The notes: generated from the sequence alone by a model not told the origin. 44,379 bases of DNA from Candidatus Firestoneibacteriota bacterium (GCA_903915125.1 CAIWRR010000105.1:1-44379); one strand, 5' to 3'. Shown: positions 24,757 to 33,783, counted from the stretch's first letter. Numbers and translations are program-made.

Positions 24757-27258
24757 TTATCTTGCAACCTTGAATGAAACCTTCTTTAGTATTCGTAGTT
24801 GGTAAATCGTGAAACCTATCAGCATCATTCCCATAATCCACGCTATTGCAGTTGCATACCCGAAACGCAGAAAAAGGAACGCATCCATCCATATCTCGAG
24901 TCCCAGCACATGAGTCGCGTGGCTCGGACCTCCTCCAGTCATTACCAGAATATTGCCCATTCCCTGGAAAGCGCCGATAAACGCTCCAACAAAGTTTATT
25001 ATTATAAGCGGTCTAAGCTGCGGCAGGGTCACAAACTTGATTTTCTGCCATGCCGAGGCTCCGTCTACATCGGCGGCCTCATAAAGGTCGTCCGGAATGC
25101 CTTGCAGCGCCGCAAGGTAAATAATGCTGCCCGGCCCTGCTCCCGCCCAAATATTAGGTATTATGACGCAAAGCATCGGAATTAGCGGATGCCGCGCATC
25201 CTGCAGCCACTTTTGCGCTCCGATGCCAAAAAGCCCCATTACTTTGTTTAAGAGACCGGAAGACGAAGGATCATAAAAACTCATCCAGAGTATAAGAAGC
25301 ACAAGAGAAGTAGTGAGCGCGGGCGTGTAGAAAAGCGTCCGGAAGAAGACCTTGCCTTTTGGAATTTCTGAAAGCACAAGCGCAACCATTATCGGAAGAA
25401 AAAAACCAAGTCCCAGTGTGAGTGAAACAAAAACAAGTGTGTTTGTAATCGATTTCCAGAAAAGCGGAGAAGAGAAAACATCGATGAAATTGTCAAGCCA
25501 GACAAAAGTGCTGGAACCTACAATTTTATAATCAAGGAATGCCAACCTGACGCCGTTCAACAGCGGGTAATACTGCCATACTGCAACTGAGAGCAAGGCG
25601 GGCAGCATAAAGAGCCAGGCAAGAACCGCGGTTCTGTGCTTTCCTTTGAGGCCGTCCGGTTTTTCATGGACATTTGTCTGCCGGTCGGAAGAGAAGATCC
25701 CGACGAGATTTTTGCCTGCAATTACCATTAACCAAACGAAAAGCGCGACCAGCACAAAGAAAATACCGTTGGCCCAGACACGCTTCCTATTCATCTCAAC
25801 CTGGTCTTTTACGCCGAGCAGAACCTTGTTTGATTTTTCAACAACCTTATTAAGTTCGGATTGAATGTCGCTATCTTCTTCTGTAAGGGCTTTGTCAACT
25901 GCCATCGGGAGTTCAACCGTGGCAACTGATTTGTAACCTGTAGCGTACGGTTCCGGGCGGGCGTTCTGTATCTGTCTTTTGTAAGAACTAACCCATGAGG
26001 CAGGTATTTGGTCGCAGTATTCCTCATATCCGAATTTCTTCAGGAGTTCGGGGTTGGCATATTGAGCCTGCCCGGATTCTACAATTGATTTTATCCTGAG
26101 CTTTGCCGCCTCATCGGATGCCTGGAATTTAATATATTCCCAGGCTGCGTCTCTTTTCTTTTTATCTTTTATCTGAGAGTTTATGCACCAGGTAATTGTC
26201 TGCATGTTGTTAGCTTCAATACCCGCAGGGCCGGCCGGTAAGGTCGCTATTCCTACTTCCGAAGGAGAGAATCCTGAATTGGCGGCAATCATGTCTCCGT
26301 TGGCATAGCTGAAAATCATGGCAACGTTTCCTTTTAGGAATTCTTTCATAGCGTAATCGTAATCGACAAGGACTTTCGCGCAACCCTGATAAGTCTTGCC
26401 GCCGCGTGAATACTTGCCATACTTGAACTTCTTAAGAAATTCAAGCGCTTCAATTCCGGGTTTCTCGTTGAAGGTCACTCTCCAAACATATTTATTAACT
26501 TTTGATATATCAGCGCCGCACTTTACGCATTTATCGGGATATATCGCCCAGCCGCTGTCGTACTTTCCTTCAAGCTGCTTGTTAGCTTCCTTGCAGGCAG
26601 AGCACTCTTTGTATTCGCGCGCCATCTCCCCGCCCGCTTGCCACACAAAGTTCGGAAAAAGCCATCCGCCCCAAATTCCAAGGCCTAAACCCAGCCCGTA
26701 CTGGCCTTTGCTTTCGTCTGTGAGTTTTTGGGAAAACTCATAGAGTTCATTCCAGTTTCTGGGAGGTTTTTCGGGATCAAGCCCGGCTTTCTTGAAAAGG
26801 TCTTTTCTGTAATACAGCCCGAAGGCTTCGCTGAAGCTTACCGGTATTCCGTAGATGTTGCCGCCGCGCCTGTCGTAATAGATTGGTTTAAATTTGTCCA
26901 GCATGAAAGGTGCGAAGAGTTTTTTGTCTTTCTCGTAATATTCATTAAGAGGGTACAGGAAGCCCTGTTCCATATAGAGCTTAAGCCCGCGAAAGCTTAC
27001 TTCAAAGATATCCGGGGCTGTTCCGGCGGCCATCGCCATCATAAATCCTGACTCGGCAGCGTTTCCGGTAACGGAGATTCCCCGGGTTTTGACTATATTG
27101 ATTTCAGGATGTTGTTTTACGAAAGCGTCGAAGACAACCCGGCCTTGAATATTCCAGGCTTCAGGGACATCCCACATATTTAAGGTAACCGGTTCCGGGC
27201 AGGCGGAGAAAGGACTGGCAAGCAGTATAGTGAGTAAAACGACGCGGAGCAACCTCAT
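24757..27258 (-). CDS. Fusion protein: extracellular solute-binding protein (family 1) + linker TM + MalF-like ABC permease
   Basis: It has an N-terminal signal/lipobox-like sequence (MRLLRVVLLTILLASPFSAC), then a roughly 460-aa SBP-like domain. A TM follows (WANGIFFVLVALFVWLMVIAG), then a 6-TM permease with the EAA loop (EAADVDGASAWQKIKFVTLPQLRP). I prefer the ATG at 27258 over the TTG at 27297. Confidence 0.8.
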   Translation of the reverse strand: MRLLRVVLLTILLASPFSACPEPVTLNMWDVPEAWNIQGRVVFDAFVKQHPEINIVKTRGISVTGNAAESGFMMAMAAGTAPDIFEVSFRGLKLYMEQGFLYPLNEYYEKDKKLFAPFMLDKFKPIYYDRRGGNIYGIPVSFSEAFGLYYRKDLFKKAGLDPEKPPRNWNELYEFSQKLTDESKGQYGLGLGLGIWGGWLFPNFVWQAGGEMAREYKECSACKEANKQLEGKYDSGWAIYPDKCVKCGADISKVNKYVWRVTFNEKPGIEALEFLKKFKYGKYSRGGKTYQGCAKVLVDYDYAMKEFLKGNVAMIFSYANGDMIAANSGFSPSEVGIATLPAGPAGIEANNMQTITWCINSQIKDKKKRDAAWEYIKFQASDEAAKLRIKSIVESGQAQYANPELLKKFGYEEYCDQIPASWVSSYKRQIQNARPEPYATGYKSVATVELPMAVDKALTEEDSDIQSELNKVVEKSNKVLLGVKDQVEMNRKRVWANGIFFVLVALFVWLMVIAGKNLVGIFSSDRQTNVHEKPDGLKGKHRTAVLAWLFMLPALLSVAVWQYYPLLNGVRLAFLDYKIVGSSTFVWLDNFIDVFSSPLFWKSITNTLVFVSLTLGLGFFLPIMVALVLSEIPKGKVFFRTLFYTPALTTSLVLLILWMSFYDPSSSGLLNKVMGLFGIGAQKWLQDARHPLIPMLCVIIPNIWAGAGPGSIIYLAALQGIPDDLYEAADVDGASAWQKIKFVTLPQLRPLIIINFVGAFIGAFQGMGNILVMTGGGPSHATHVLGLEIWMDAFLFLRFGYATAIAWIMGMMLIGFTIYQLRILKKVSFKVAR

Positions 27259-27312
27259 GGGTGAACTGTTTTTAACAGAATTGACAACAGGTGTCAACTC
27301 AAAAGCCGGAAT

Positions 27313-27786
27313 CTATACCATTAGCCTGAAGATATAAAGGCCAAGCGAAAAAGCGCCATACCAGCAAGTGGCGGATATACCTGCGCCTATAGCTCCAAAC
27401 AGCAGTGCTTTGCGGTACTCGGGTGTTTTTTCGAAATTAGGCAGTTCTACGGCCTTGTCCATCATTGGGTTGACTATGATATTCAGGAATAGTCCGTTAA
27501 TTGTGAGTAAAACCACGAAAACCATCTTCATGAAGAAGAGTTTCGAGTGGATAGCGTCTCCGTAGGTTGCGGCTGAGGTAAAATAGAGGGCAATACCTGA
27601 TGTCAGGAGCAGGAAAAGACCTACCCAAATCAGGAGCGACAATATCTTGAAAACCACGACAGCCTTCGGCATTATCTTCGGATTCAGCATGCCGTACGCG
27701 CCTAACACATACGTGACAGTACAGGTGCCTATTCCTACATCAAGACCGAAGACATGAAGTGCTACGAGCATGAAGTATAATGACAT
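27313..27786 (-). CDS. Hypothetical 4-TM membrane protein
   Basis: 157 aa with four hydrophobic spans and a good SD (GGAGGG). I recognise no family. Confidence 0.55.
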   Translation of the reverse strand: MSLYFMLVALHVFGLDVGIGTCTVTYVLGAYGMLNPKIMPKAVVVFKILSLLIWVGLFLLLTSGIALYFTSAATYGDAIHSKLFFMKMVFVVLLTINGLFLNIIVNPMMDKAVELPNFEKTPEYRKALLFGAIGAGISATCWYGAFSLGLYIFRLMV

Positions 27787-27833
27787 AAACCCTCCGCCAT
27801 TAGTAATAAATTACCATATTTACAGCTCTAAAA

Positions 27834-28328
27834 CTACTTTATTTTCCAGCCTGCCCATTTACTAGTTCTTTTCTCGAGCAAAGCCCTGACCTTGGCGACC
27901 AGCTCTTCGGGCTGCGCGGGTTTGTTGATGAACCCGTCTACAGGAAGGTAAGCAGACGCATCATGAGCAAAAGGTTTGTAGTACGCGTTCTCTTTCCCTC
28001 TGCCGGCCGGCATACCGTCCTTTTTAGGCAGAATGTCAAAAACCGGAAGCTTAAGGCTAACCGAGGTAATCATGAGTATGAGCGTGCCAGAAACCGCGGC
28101 GTCCCGGCGAATCTTAGATACGAGTTCAAGCCCGTTGGTTTTCCCGCCCGAGCCGAACATAACATCAAGCACCATAAGATCGGGTTTTTCTGTCTTAAGC
28201 CTAGCGAAGGCCGCGGCCGTGTCGTAAGCGTTTATAGTGGCCAAGCCCTCTGCCTCTAAAACAATCTTCATCGTCTCTATAAGGTCAATATCGTCGTCAG
28301 CGAGCAAAACTGTCTTTTTTTTCTTCAT
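27834..28328 (-). CDS. Stand-alone response regulator (receiver domain only)
   Basis: Starts MKKKKTVLLADDD, with phospho-acceptor context DLMVLDVMF, then LMITS and NKP. I set the start at ATG 28328. The ORF-track extension overlaps the kinase gene. Confidence 0.85.
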   Translation of the reverse strand: MKKKKTVLLADDDIDLIETMKIVLEAEGLATINAYDTAAAFARLKTEKPDLMVLDVMFGSGGKTNGLELVSKIRRDAAVSGTLILMITSVSLKLPVFDILPKKDGMPAGRGKENAYYKPFAHDASAYLPVDGFINKPAQPEELVAKVRALLEKRTSKWAGWKIK

Positions 28329-28332
28329 AACT

Positions 28333-29700
28333 TCAAACCTCAGCCGGATAAGCGGTTGCGGCAGGCAGGGTAAAAGTGAACCTGCTTCCCTGACCAAGCC
28401 TGCTTTCAAGCCATATCTTGCCATCATGAGAATCAAGGATCTGTTTTACAATAGATAAACCCAAGCCGGTGCCATCCTTCTCTATCATTCGGGCGTTCTC
28501 TGCTCTGTAAAAATCATTAAAGAGAAATTTCTGTTCTTCTTCGGCAATCCCTATGCCGGTATCTTTTATTGACACCTCTATATTCCCGTCCGTGTTCTTT
28601 AATTCCATGCTTATTTTCCCGCCTGAGGGCGTGTACCTTACGGCGTTTTCAAGCAGGTTCACAAAAACCCTTTCTATGGAGTCCTCATTAGCCAGAATCA
28701 TCGCTTCTTCGAGATGATCGTTGAAATCAAACTTTATCTTTTTGGATGTGAAGCGCTGTCCAAAATGTTCAACCATGTGTTCAGCAAGCATTGAGATAGA
28801 AATTTGGTTCTTTCGCAAGTTCCTGTCGGCTCGGATGCTGGAAAGATTCAGAAGGTCGCTGATGAAATTAAGCATGTAGATGCTGCGGCGCTCCGCTCTT
28901 GAGAGCATTTCAGCCGTTTTTGGGCCTATACTGCCGGTCAACCCCTTGAGCACAACTTTTAGACAGCTTTGAATTGTTGATACCGAGGATTTAAGGTCAT
29001 GCGATACCGTCAACACATACCGGGATTTCAACCGGTCCTGCTCTGCCAGCATTTTATTAGCCGCGTCAAGTTTTTCTTCCCTGTCCCGGAGCTTATTCAC
29101 TACAGTCACGGCCATAAAGATTGTTATAAATAGAGTCGAGGCCAGAACACCGATAGAACCGGCGAGAAACTTGGGGTCATAGATCATTTCCGATCCGGTG
29201 AATCCTGTAAGATGATAATGTGGAATTACTCGGCTGTGTTCAAGAAAAGAGGTTAGTCCTATCAACAAAACTGCGAAAACGCCGTGCGCGTAAGCCGCAC
29301 GGTTAGAAAGCAAGATGCCGGCGATTACCATGTGGAATATGAAATAATAAACGAAAGGATTCTCTATACTGCCGCCGAAGTGCAGGAAATACGTCAGCAT
29401 CAGCAGGTCTGTCGCCACCTGAATATTTGCAAAACTATTATGGCGCGTTTTATCATCTTTGTATCCAAAAACGAGGCGCTTCCAAAATACTAGAAACAGG
29501 GTATTGACGCCGGCAAGAAAAGCTGCGCCTCCATAGAGCCAACGCAGAGGCAGGTCAATATTTAGTGCGAGCGAAGCAATGGAAACTACTCCTGCGGCTC
29601 CTAATACTGCAAGCCAACGGAGGTCGATGAACCATTTCGTGCGTTCATTGACCCAGTTTTTGGCAATAATACTAATTTGAAACGCGCTTCGCAGCCCCAT
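28333..29700 (-). CDS. Polytopic membrane sensor histidine kinase
   Basis: It has about 6 N-terminal TM helices, the H-box SHDLKSSVSTI, the N-box NLLENAVRYTP, and G-boxes DTGIGI / GTGLGLSIVK. Confidence 0.9.
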   Translation of the reverse strand: MGLRSAFQISIIAKNWVNERTKWFIDLRWLAVLGAAGVVSIASLALNIDLPLRWLYGGAAFLAGVNTLFLVFWKRLVFGYKDDKTRHNSFANIQVATDLLMLTYFLHFGGSIENPFVYYFIFHMVIAGILLSNRAAYAHGVFAVLLIGLTSFLEHSRVIPHYHLTGFTGSEMIYDPKFLAGSIGVLASTLFITIFMAVTVVNKLRDREEKLDAANKMLAEQDRLKSRYVLTVSHDLKSSVSTIQSCLKVVLKGLTGSIGPKTAEMLSRAERRSIYMLNFISDLLNLSSIRADRNLRKNQISISMLAEHMVEHFGQRFTSKKIKFDFNDHLEEAMILANEDSIERVFVNLLENAVRYTPSGGKISMELKNTDGNIEVSIKDTGIGIAEEEQKFLFNDFYRAENARMIEKDGTGLGLSIVKQILDSHDGKIWLESRLGQGSRFTFTLPAATAYPAEV

Positions 29701-29703
29701 CGC

Positions 29704-30279
29704 CTACTTTGCAAGCTCCTGATAGACAGCGATGACCTTATTAACCGTAAAACAGGTGCATTCTGATGAAATAGTGGCGCCTGATACTCCGGTAACGCCT
29801 CTTCCAATCGCGACTCCTTCCCCTTTACCGCTGAACTGAGAGAGGAAATTTTTGGTGGCAATAGGGCGTCCTCTTTTTTCGGAAAGGGACATTACGGCCA
29901 TGTTTTTTACTTTAGCCGTCTTCGGATCAAGCATCACAATATATTTAACCGGGCCCCACTTGCCAGGCTCTTCTTCCATTATTGCCACGCCCGTCTTTTC
30001 TCCGCCCTTTATGCCGTAGTAGAAGGAGTATTCGGTCTCAGGTTTCCAGGTGTTCGCTTTGCCGGAACCTTTATATACCAGTGTTCCACCGAGTTTTTCT
30101 TTAATGTCGGCAAGCTGTTTGGTATTGAGTTTTTTCTGCACAGTCTCCACTTTGTCGGCGTCAGGAAACATTTCCTTTAAGGCCTGTTCACTCGTTAAGA
30201 GCTCCACCGCTAAACAGCTGCCGCCTAACGCAAAAAAACATACCGCGCCCATTACCAGCCTGATCATTTTATTCTTCAT
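29704..30279 (-). CDS. Exported FMN-binding domain protein (flavinylation substrate)
   Basis: It has a signal/anchor sequence (MIRLVMGAVCFFALGGSCLA) and a C-terminal FMN_bind motif, GVTGVSGATISS, containing the SGAT flavinylation site. Confidence 0.8.
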   Translation of the reverse strand: MKNKMIRLVMGAVCFFALGGSCLAVELLTSEQALKEMFPDADKVETVQKKLNTKQLADIKEKLGGTLVYKGSGKANTWKPETEYSFYYGIKGGEKTGVAIMEEEPGKWGPVKYIVMLDPKTAKVKNMAVMSLSEKRGRPIATKNFLSQFSGKGEGVAIGRGVTGVSGATISSECTCFTVNKVIAVYQELAK

Positions 30280-31292
30280 TGCTTTCCTCCTTTCTCTTTT
30301 AGAGAAAATAATTTAGTTAATCCGTCGGTTAGTGAAATCCCGCCGTCAGCGCCTATTATGATTGCTTCGGCACCGGGATATTTCTTTAACAGCTTAAGGC
30401 CCTTTTCCCTTCCGAGGACGAAGACGGAAGTAGACAGTAAGTTCGCCATTGTAGCGTCCGGAGTTAGCACCGCGACAGAAATCAACTCCGATGCGGGCGC
30501 CCCTTTAAGCGGATCAATAACGTGGCAGTATCTCTTGCCTTCTATTTCATAATATCTTTCATAATCTCCGGAGGTTGACATAGAAAGCTCTGTCATTCCC
30601 AAAATTCCAAGCGCGCCTTCTCCTCTGGGATTTTTAATTCCCGCCTTCCAGGGTTTCCCGTTATAAAGTCCTATTGCGTAAAGATCCCCGCCTAAATCCA
30701 CCATTGCGCTTCTTACGCCGGATTTCTTTAAAGATTTCATTGCCTCGCCGACTGCATACGCCTTTGCGCCGGCTCCCAGGTCAATTTCCGCTGAAGAACG
30801 AAGCTTGATCAGTTTACCGTTTTTCAACTCTATGCTTCCCGGCCCAATCATCTTTTGCGCAGCGGCAATCGCTTCTTTGGAAGGTATCATCGGGACTTTG
30901 GGAATTTCTCCGTAAAACCCCCAGAGTTTCACGAGCGGCGTGACGGTAATGTCAAAAGCTCCGCCGCTCTGTTGATTCATATCAAGGCATCTTTTTACAA
31001 GTCCAAGCGTTTCAGGGTCTGTTATCGGCGTGCCGTTCTTATTAAACTCATATACCGGGCTGCCCGGCCTGAAAGCGCTGAACTTCTTGTCAAGTTCTTC
31101 GACCCTGTCCAACGCAAGGTCAAGCGCCGCCGTGATTTTCTGATCCCCTTTGACGGGAGCCAGGACTGAACAATAGGTATCCATAAGATAACGCGTTCGT
31201 TTTGTCAACTCACCATCAGGGCCGGCAGACGCGAATAAAGGTATAGCCGCGCAAATAATCGCTATGTTAAGCAACCTTACCGCAAATTTCAT
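30276..31292 (-). CDS. apbE: FAD:protein FMN transferase (ApbE family)
   Basis: It has a signal peptide and ApbE-typical segments: FDITVTPL, AMVDLGGD and TSGDYERY. The start at ATG 31292 (SD AAAGAGG) lies downstream of a GC hairpin. Confidence 0.9.
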   Translation of the reverse strand: MKFAVRLLNIAIICAAIPLFASAGPDGELTKRTRYLMDTYCSVLAPVKGDQKITAALDLALDRVEELDKKFSAFRPGSPVYEFNKNGTPITDPETLGLVKRCLDMNQQSGGAFDITVTPLVKLWGFYGEIPKVPMIPSKEAIAAAQKMIGPGSIELKNGKLIKLRSSAEIDLGAGAKAYAVGEAMKSLKKSGVRSAMVDLGGDLYAIGLYNGKPWKAGIKNPRGEGALGILGMTELSMSTSGDYERYYEIEGKRYCHVIDPLKGAPASELISVAVLTPDATMANLLSTSVFVLGREKGLKLLKKYPGAEAIIIGADGGISLTDGLTKLFSLKEKGGKQ

Positions 31293-31305
31293 CTCAGCCT
31301 CTTTG

Positions 31306-31330
31306 GGGCGGCCGGATTCACCGGCCGCCC
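31306..31330 (-). other. Perfect 10-bp GC stem-loop between the porin and apbE cistrons
   Basis: GGGCGGCCGG-attca-CCGGCCGCCC. On the mRNA sense strand the U-run precedes the stem rather than following it, so this is not a canonical terminator. Confidence 0.55.
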
Positions 31331-31342
31331 GCCTCAAAAAAC

Positions 31343-32620
31343 TTAGAAAGTGGTTCTCCAGCCAAGCACCAGCCGGTTATAGTTCAGCTCAGCAGTGCTG
31401 TAAGCCGAGCTTGGCAAAAGGCTTATGCTTGAATTCTCTACATTTATCACCTGCAGGTAAATAATGGAATCAGGGGTTACGTAGAAATTCAAAATAGGGG
31501 AAATTTCAGTGTAGGTTTCATATGCAAAAGATTGTTTATTCGCTGCCGCAGTAGCTCCTCCGCCAATTACCGCTGCAGACTTGGGTAAACTGCTGAAATC
31601 CTGATCGTAGTGCGCGTATACCATTAAGAACCTGACCCAGGGCAATATCTTGTAACCAGCTTTTAAATAATATGAATGGGGAGTAAGGTTTCTCGTGACC
31701 TGAGTTGCGTCATTGATATCCGTATTGGCATACATTTTTACATTCGACCAGATGCCCCCCATATATTCCGTCCTGAATGTAAACTGATCATAATTGAACG
31801 CTACTCCGGCAGAATACCTGTATATGGGATTATTGCCTGTTGCGTCCATGGTAGTGAAATAGGAGCCCATAAATTTGAACGGTCCGATTTCCGGAGTAAT
31901 GTGCGCGAGCACTCCCCTGGAATTTGTGTTGCTGACGAGCATGTTCATGCCGCCGCCCAGTATATACAAATATGACGGCAGAGAAACAGGCCCGAGCTCG
32001 AAATTCTTATAAAATTCGAGTCCGGTATCGTCTAACGTTCCATAATAACCTCCGCATACCGCATAGTTCCCGAAAAATTCATCCTCGTACCAAAGCATAT
32101 TTCCGTAATCCTCTGTAAAGAGTGTGCGCAATGAACCCGCCGTGAGTTCGACAGCTTCAGGCAGCTTAACGGTAATCTGCGCTTTAAGCAATCCGAGACT
32201 GAGCGTCGGGCTCGTTGACGGATTTGGAAATGCCGTTCCAAGTTTAGGGGTTGCTCCTCCGCTTACCGATATTTCAGGGTCTATTTCCAGGGAAACATTT
32301 TCCGAGAGTTCCTTATTAATAAACAGGTAAAAACTGGTCATTCCGGAAAGGGCTCTTTCGCTTGCAGCAGCACCGCTGCTGACTCCTTCGGATTTGTCGT
32401 AAAGGTAAAACTTGAAGTTTCCGCCTACCGTGCCTCCGCTGTTTCCGGAGTTTGAGGAAGCCTTTACCTCAGGCGTTGCCGCCGCGGGCGCAGTTTTCAC
32501 ATCAGTATTTACCGCTGACGTCTCTGTTTTTGCCGGCGAGACATGGTCCTCCGCATAAGCCGATGCGAATGACGCAACAACTGCAGCGCAGAGAATAAAG
32601 ATTAATTTATTGTTCTTCAT
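31343..32620 (-). CDS. Putative outer-membrane beta-barrel porin
   Basis: It has a signal peptide ending ASA-YA, an alternating amphipathic strand pattern, and the C-terminal signature ...LGWRTTF (terminal Phe). Confidence 0.6.
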   Translation of the reverse strand: MKNNKLIFILCAAVVASFASAYAEDHVSPAKTETSAVNTDVKTAPAAATPEVKASSNSGNSGGTVGGNFKFYLYDKSEGVSSGAAASERALSGMTSFYLFINKELSENVSLEIDPEISVSGGATPKLGTAFPNPSTSPTLSLGLLKAQITVKLPEAVELTAGSLRTLFTEDYGNMLWYEDEFFGNYAVCGGYYGTLDDTGLEFYKNFELGPVSLPSYLYILGGGMNMLVSNTNSRGVLAHITPEIGPFKFMGSYFTTMDATGNNPIYRYSAGVAFNYDQFTFRTEYMGGIWSNVKMYANTDINDATQVTRNLTPHSYYLKAGYKILPWVRFLMVYAHYDQDFSSLPKSAAVIGGGATAAANKQSFAYETYTEISPILNFYVTPDSIIYLQVINVENSSISLLPSSAYSTAELNYNRLVLGWRTTF

Positions 32621-32679
32621 CCGTCCTCCTTGTTCTACTTTAAGTCTTTGGAATAATTTACGGATTACCTAATCCTCCT

Positions 32680-33783
32680 TTATCGCGCCCGCTCCGTCTC
32701 CGCATAGAGCAAAGCTACGAGATTTATCGCAACTGGCAAAGCTTTCTTGAAAATTGTCTTATCGAATTTGTGTTGTTTGAGATAAAGTCTTGATCTTTCC
32801 CAAAACACCGGTATGTTCTCCCAGGCAATCAGCACAATTCCGGAAAGCCGCTCGCTGATAATTTTTCTGAGACTCCCTGCAATTTCTATTGCCGGAGTTG
32901 AAGCGGAAAGCAGCGCGGTTGTCATCATCAAGAGGATCAATCTAGATGCAAAGAGCGCGCCTGTCAGAAGCCCGGTTCGCGTAACTTTTATAAACCAAAA
33001 AGAAAATATGTCCGCTCCGCCCTGGCTGAAAAGCGCGGGAATTGCCAAAGAGAAAAGAAGAAAGACGCGCAGTCTTTTCACTCCAGAGAGTATCTTTGAG
33101 ACCGGCGCCTTAAGCGTTGCTGCAGCCGCCAGTATCAGGACGAAGACCAGGGCATAAAGCATAAGGTCGCTCAGCAGCAGTACAATAACGCATAGCAGCA
33201 GCGCTATTATTAGCTTAGGCATTGCGGCCTTTGAGAATTCAGCAGGGCGTCTTATTTCTTGCGGACCGACAGCTTGAGGAAGCAAATCAGTTATCCCGCC
33301 GCTTTTTATCCTTGCAAAAACATTCATTGCAATGACTCCGGTGAGCCAGCCCATGACCACGGCGCTCGCCCCTAGCCAGGGCATAAGCACGAAGACTCCG
33401 GGATGGCGTATTAGCAGAAAGTATACTACAAGCAATTGGGTAAGAACATGGGCTACAGAACCAAATACGCTTGTGCTGATGAAACCCAGGTATTTGAATG
33501 TGAGGCCCATAAGCAACGTGCTTGTGAGGGCTCCTGACAGACTCATAACAAAGGCAGGCGAAAGAAAAGTTCCCAGGAAAAGAGAGCTCACCACAGTTCT
33601 GAGTATCGCGACTTCAAGGGCAGGAATGAAACCCATGTCAGCGAGGACAATCAGAGTTATTATGTTGGCGAGCCCTAATTTTACGCCCGGAATGGGGCTC
33701 GGTATCAAGAACTCGGCAGCCTGCAGCACAGAAGCACAGGAGACAAGGAGGGCTATTTTCTGTATCTTCTTCTCTTTATGCAT
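32680..33783 (-). CDS. Gx transporter family (Hpre_diP_synt_I-type) domain fused to a CbiQ/EcfT-like transmembrane domain
   Basis: Aa 1-165 match the Gx-transporter pattern (GVKLGLANIITL...RTVVSSLFLGTF...SLSGALTS...GSVAHVLTQLLVVY). Aa 180-367 form an extra 4-5 TM module with an EcfT-like tail (TPAIEIAGSLRKI...WENIPVFWERSR). Confidence 0.65.
   Translation of the reverse strand: MHKEKKIQKIALLVSCASVLQAAEFLIPSPIPGVKLGLANIITLIVLADMGFIPALEVAILRTVVSSLFLGTFLSPAFVMSLSGALTSTLLMGLTFKYLGFISTSVFGSVAHVLTQLLVVYFLLIRHPGVFVLMPWLGASAVVMGWLTGVIAMNVFARIKSGGITDLLPQAVGPQEIRRPAEFSKAAMPKLIIALLLCVIVLLLSDLMLYALVFVLILAAAATLKAPVSKILSGVKRLRVFLLFSLAIPALFSQGGADIFSFWFIKVTRTGLLTGALFASRLILLMMTTALLSASTPAIEIAGSLRKIISERLSGIVLIAWENIPVFWERSRLYLKQHKFDKTIFKKALPVAINLVALLYAETERAR

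Noticed and set aside
24520-24767. 64-aa (+) and 62-aa (-) ORFs in the permease-permease spacer
   Set aside because: Both are composed of the GC-rich REP-like repeats and hairpins. Neither has an SD.
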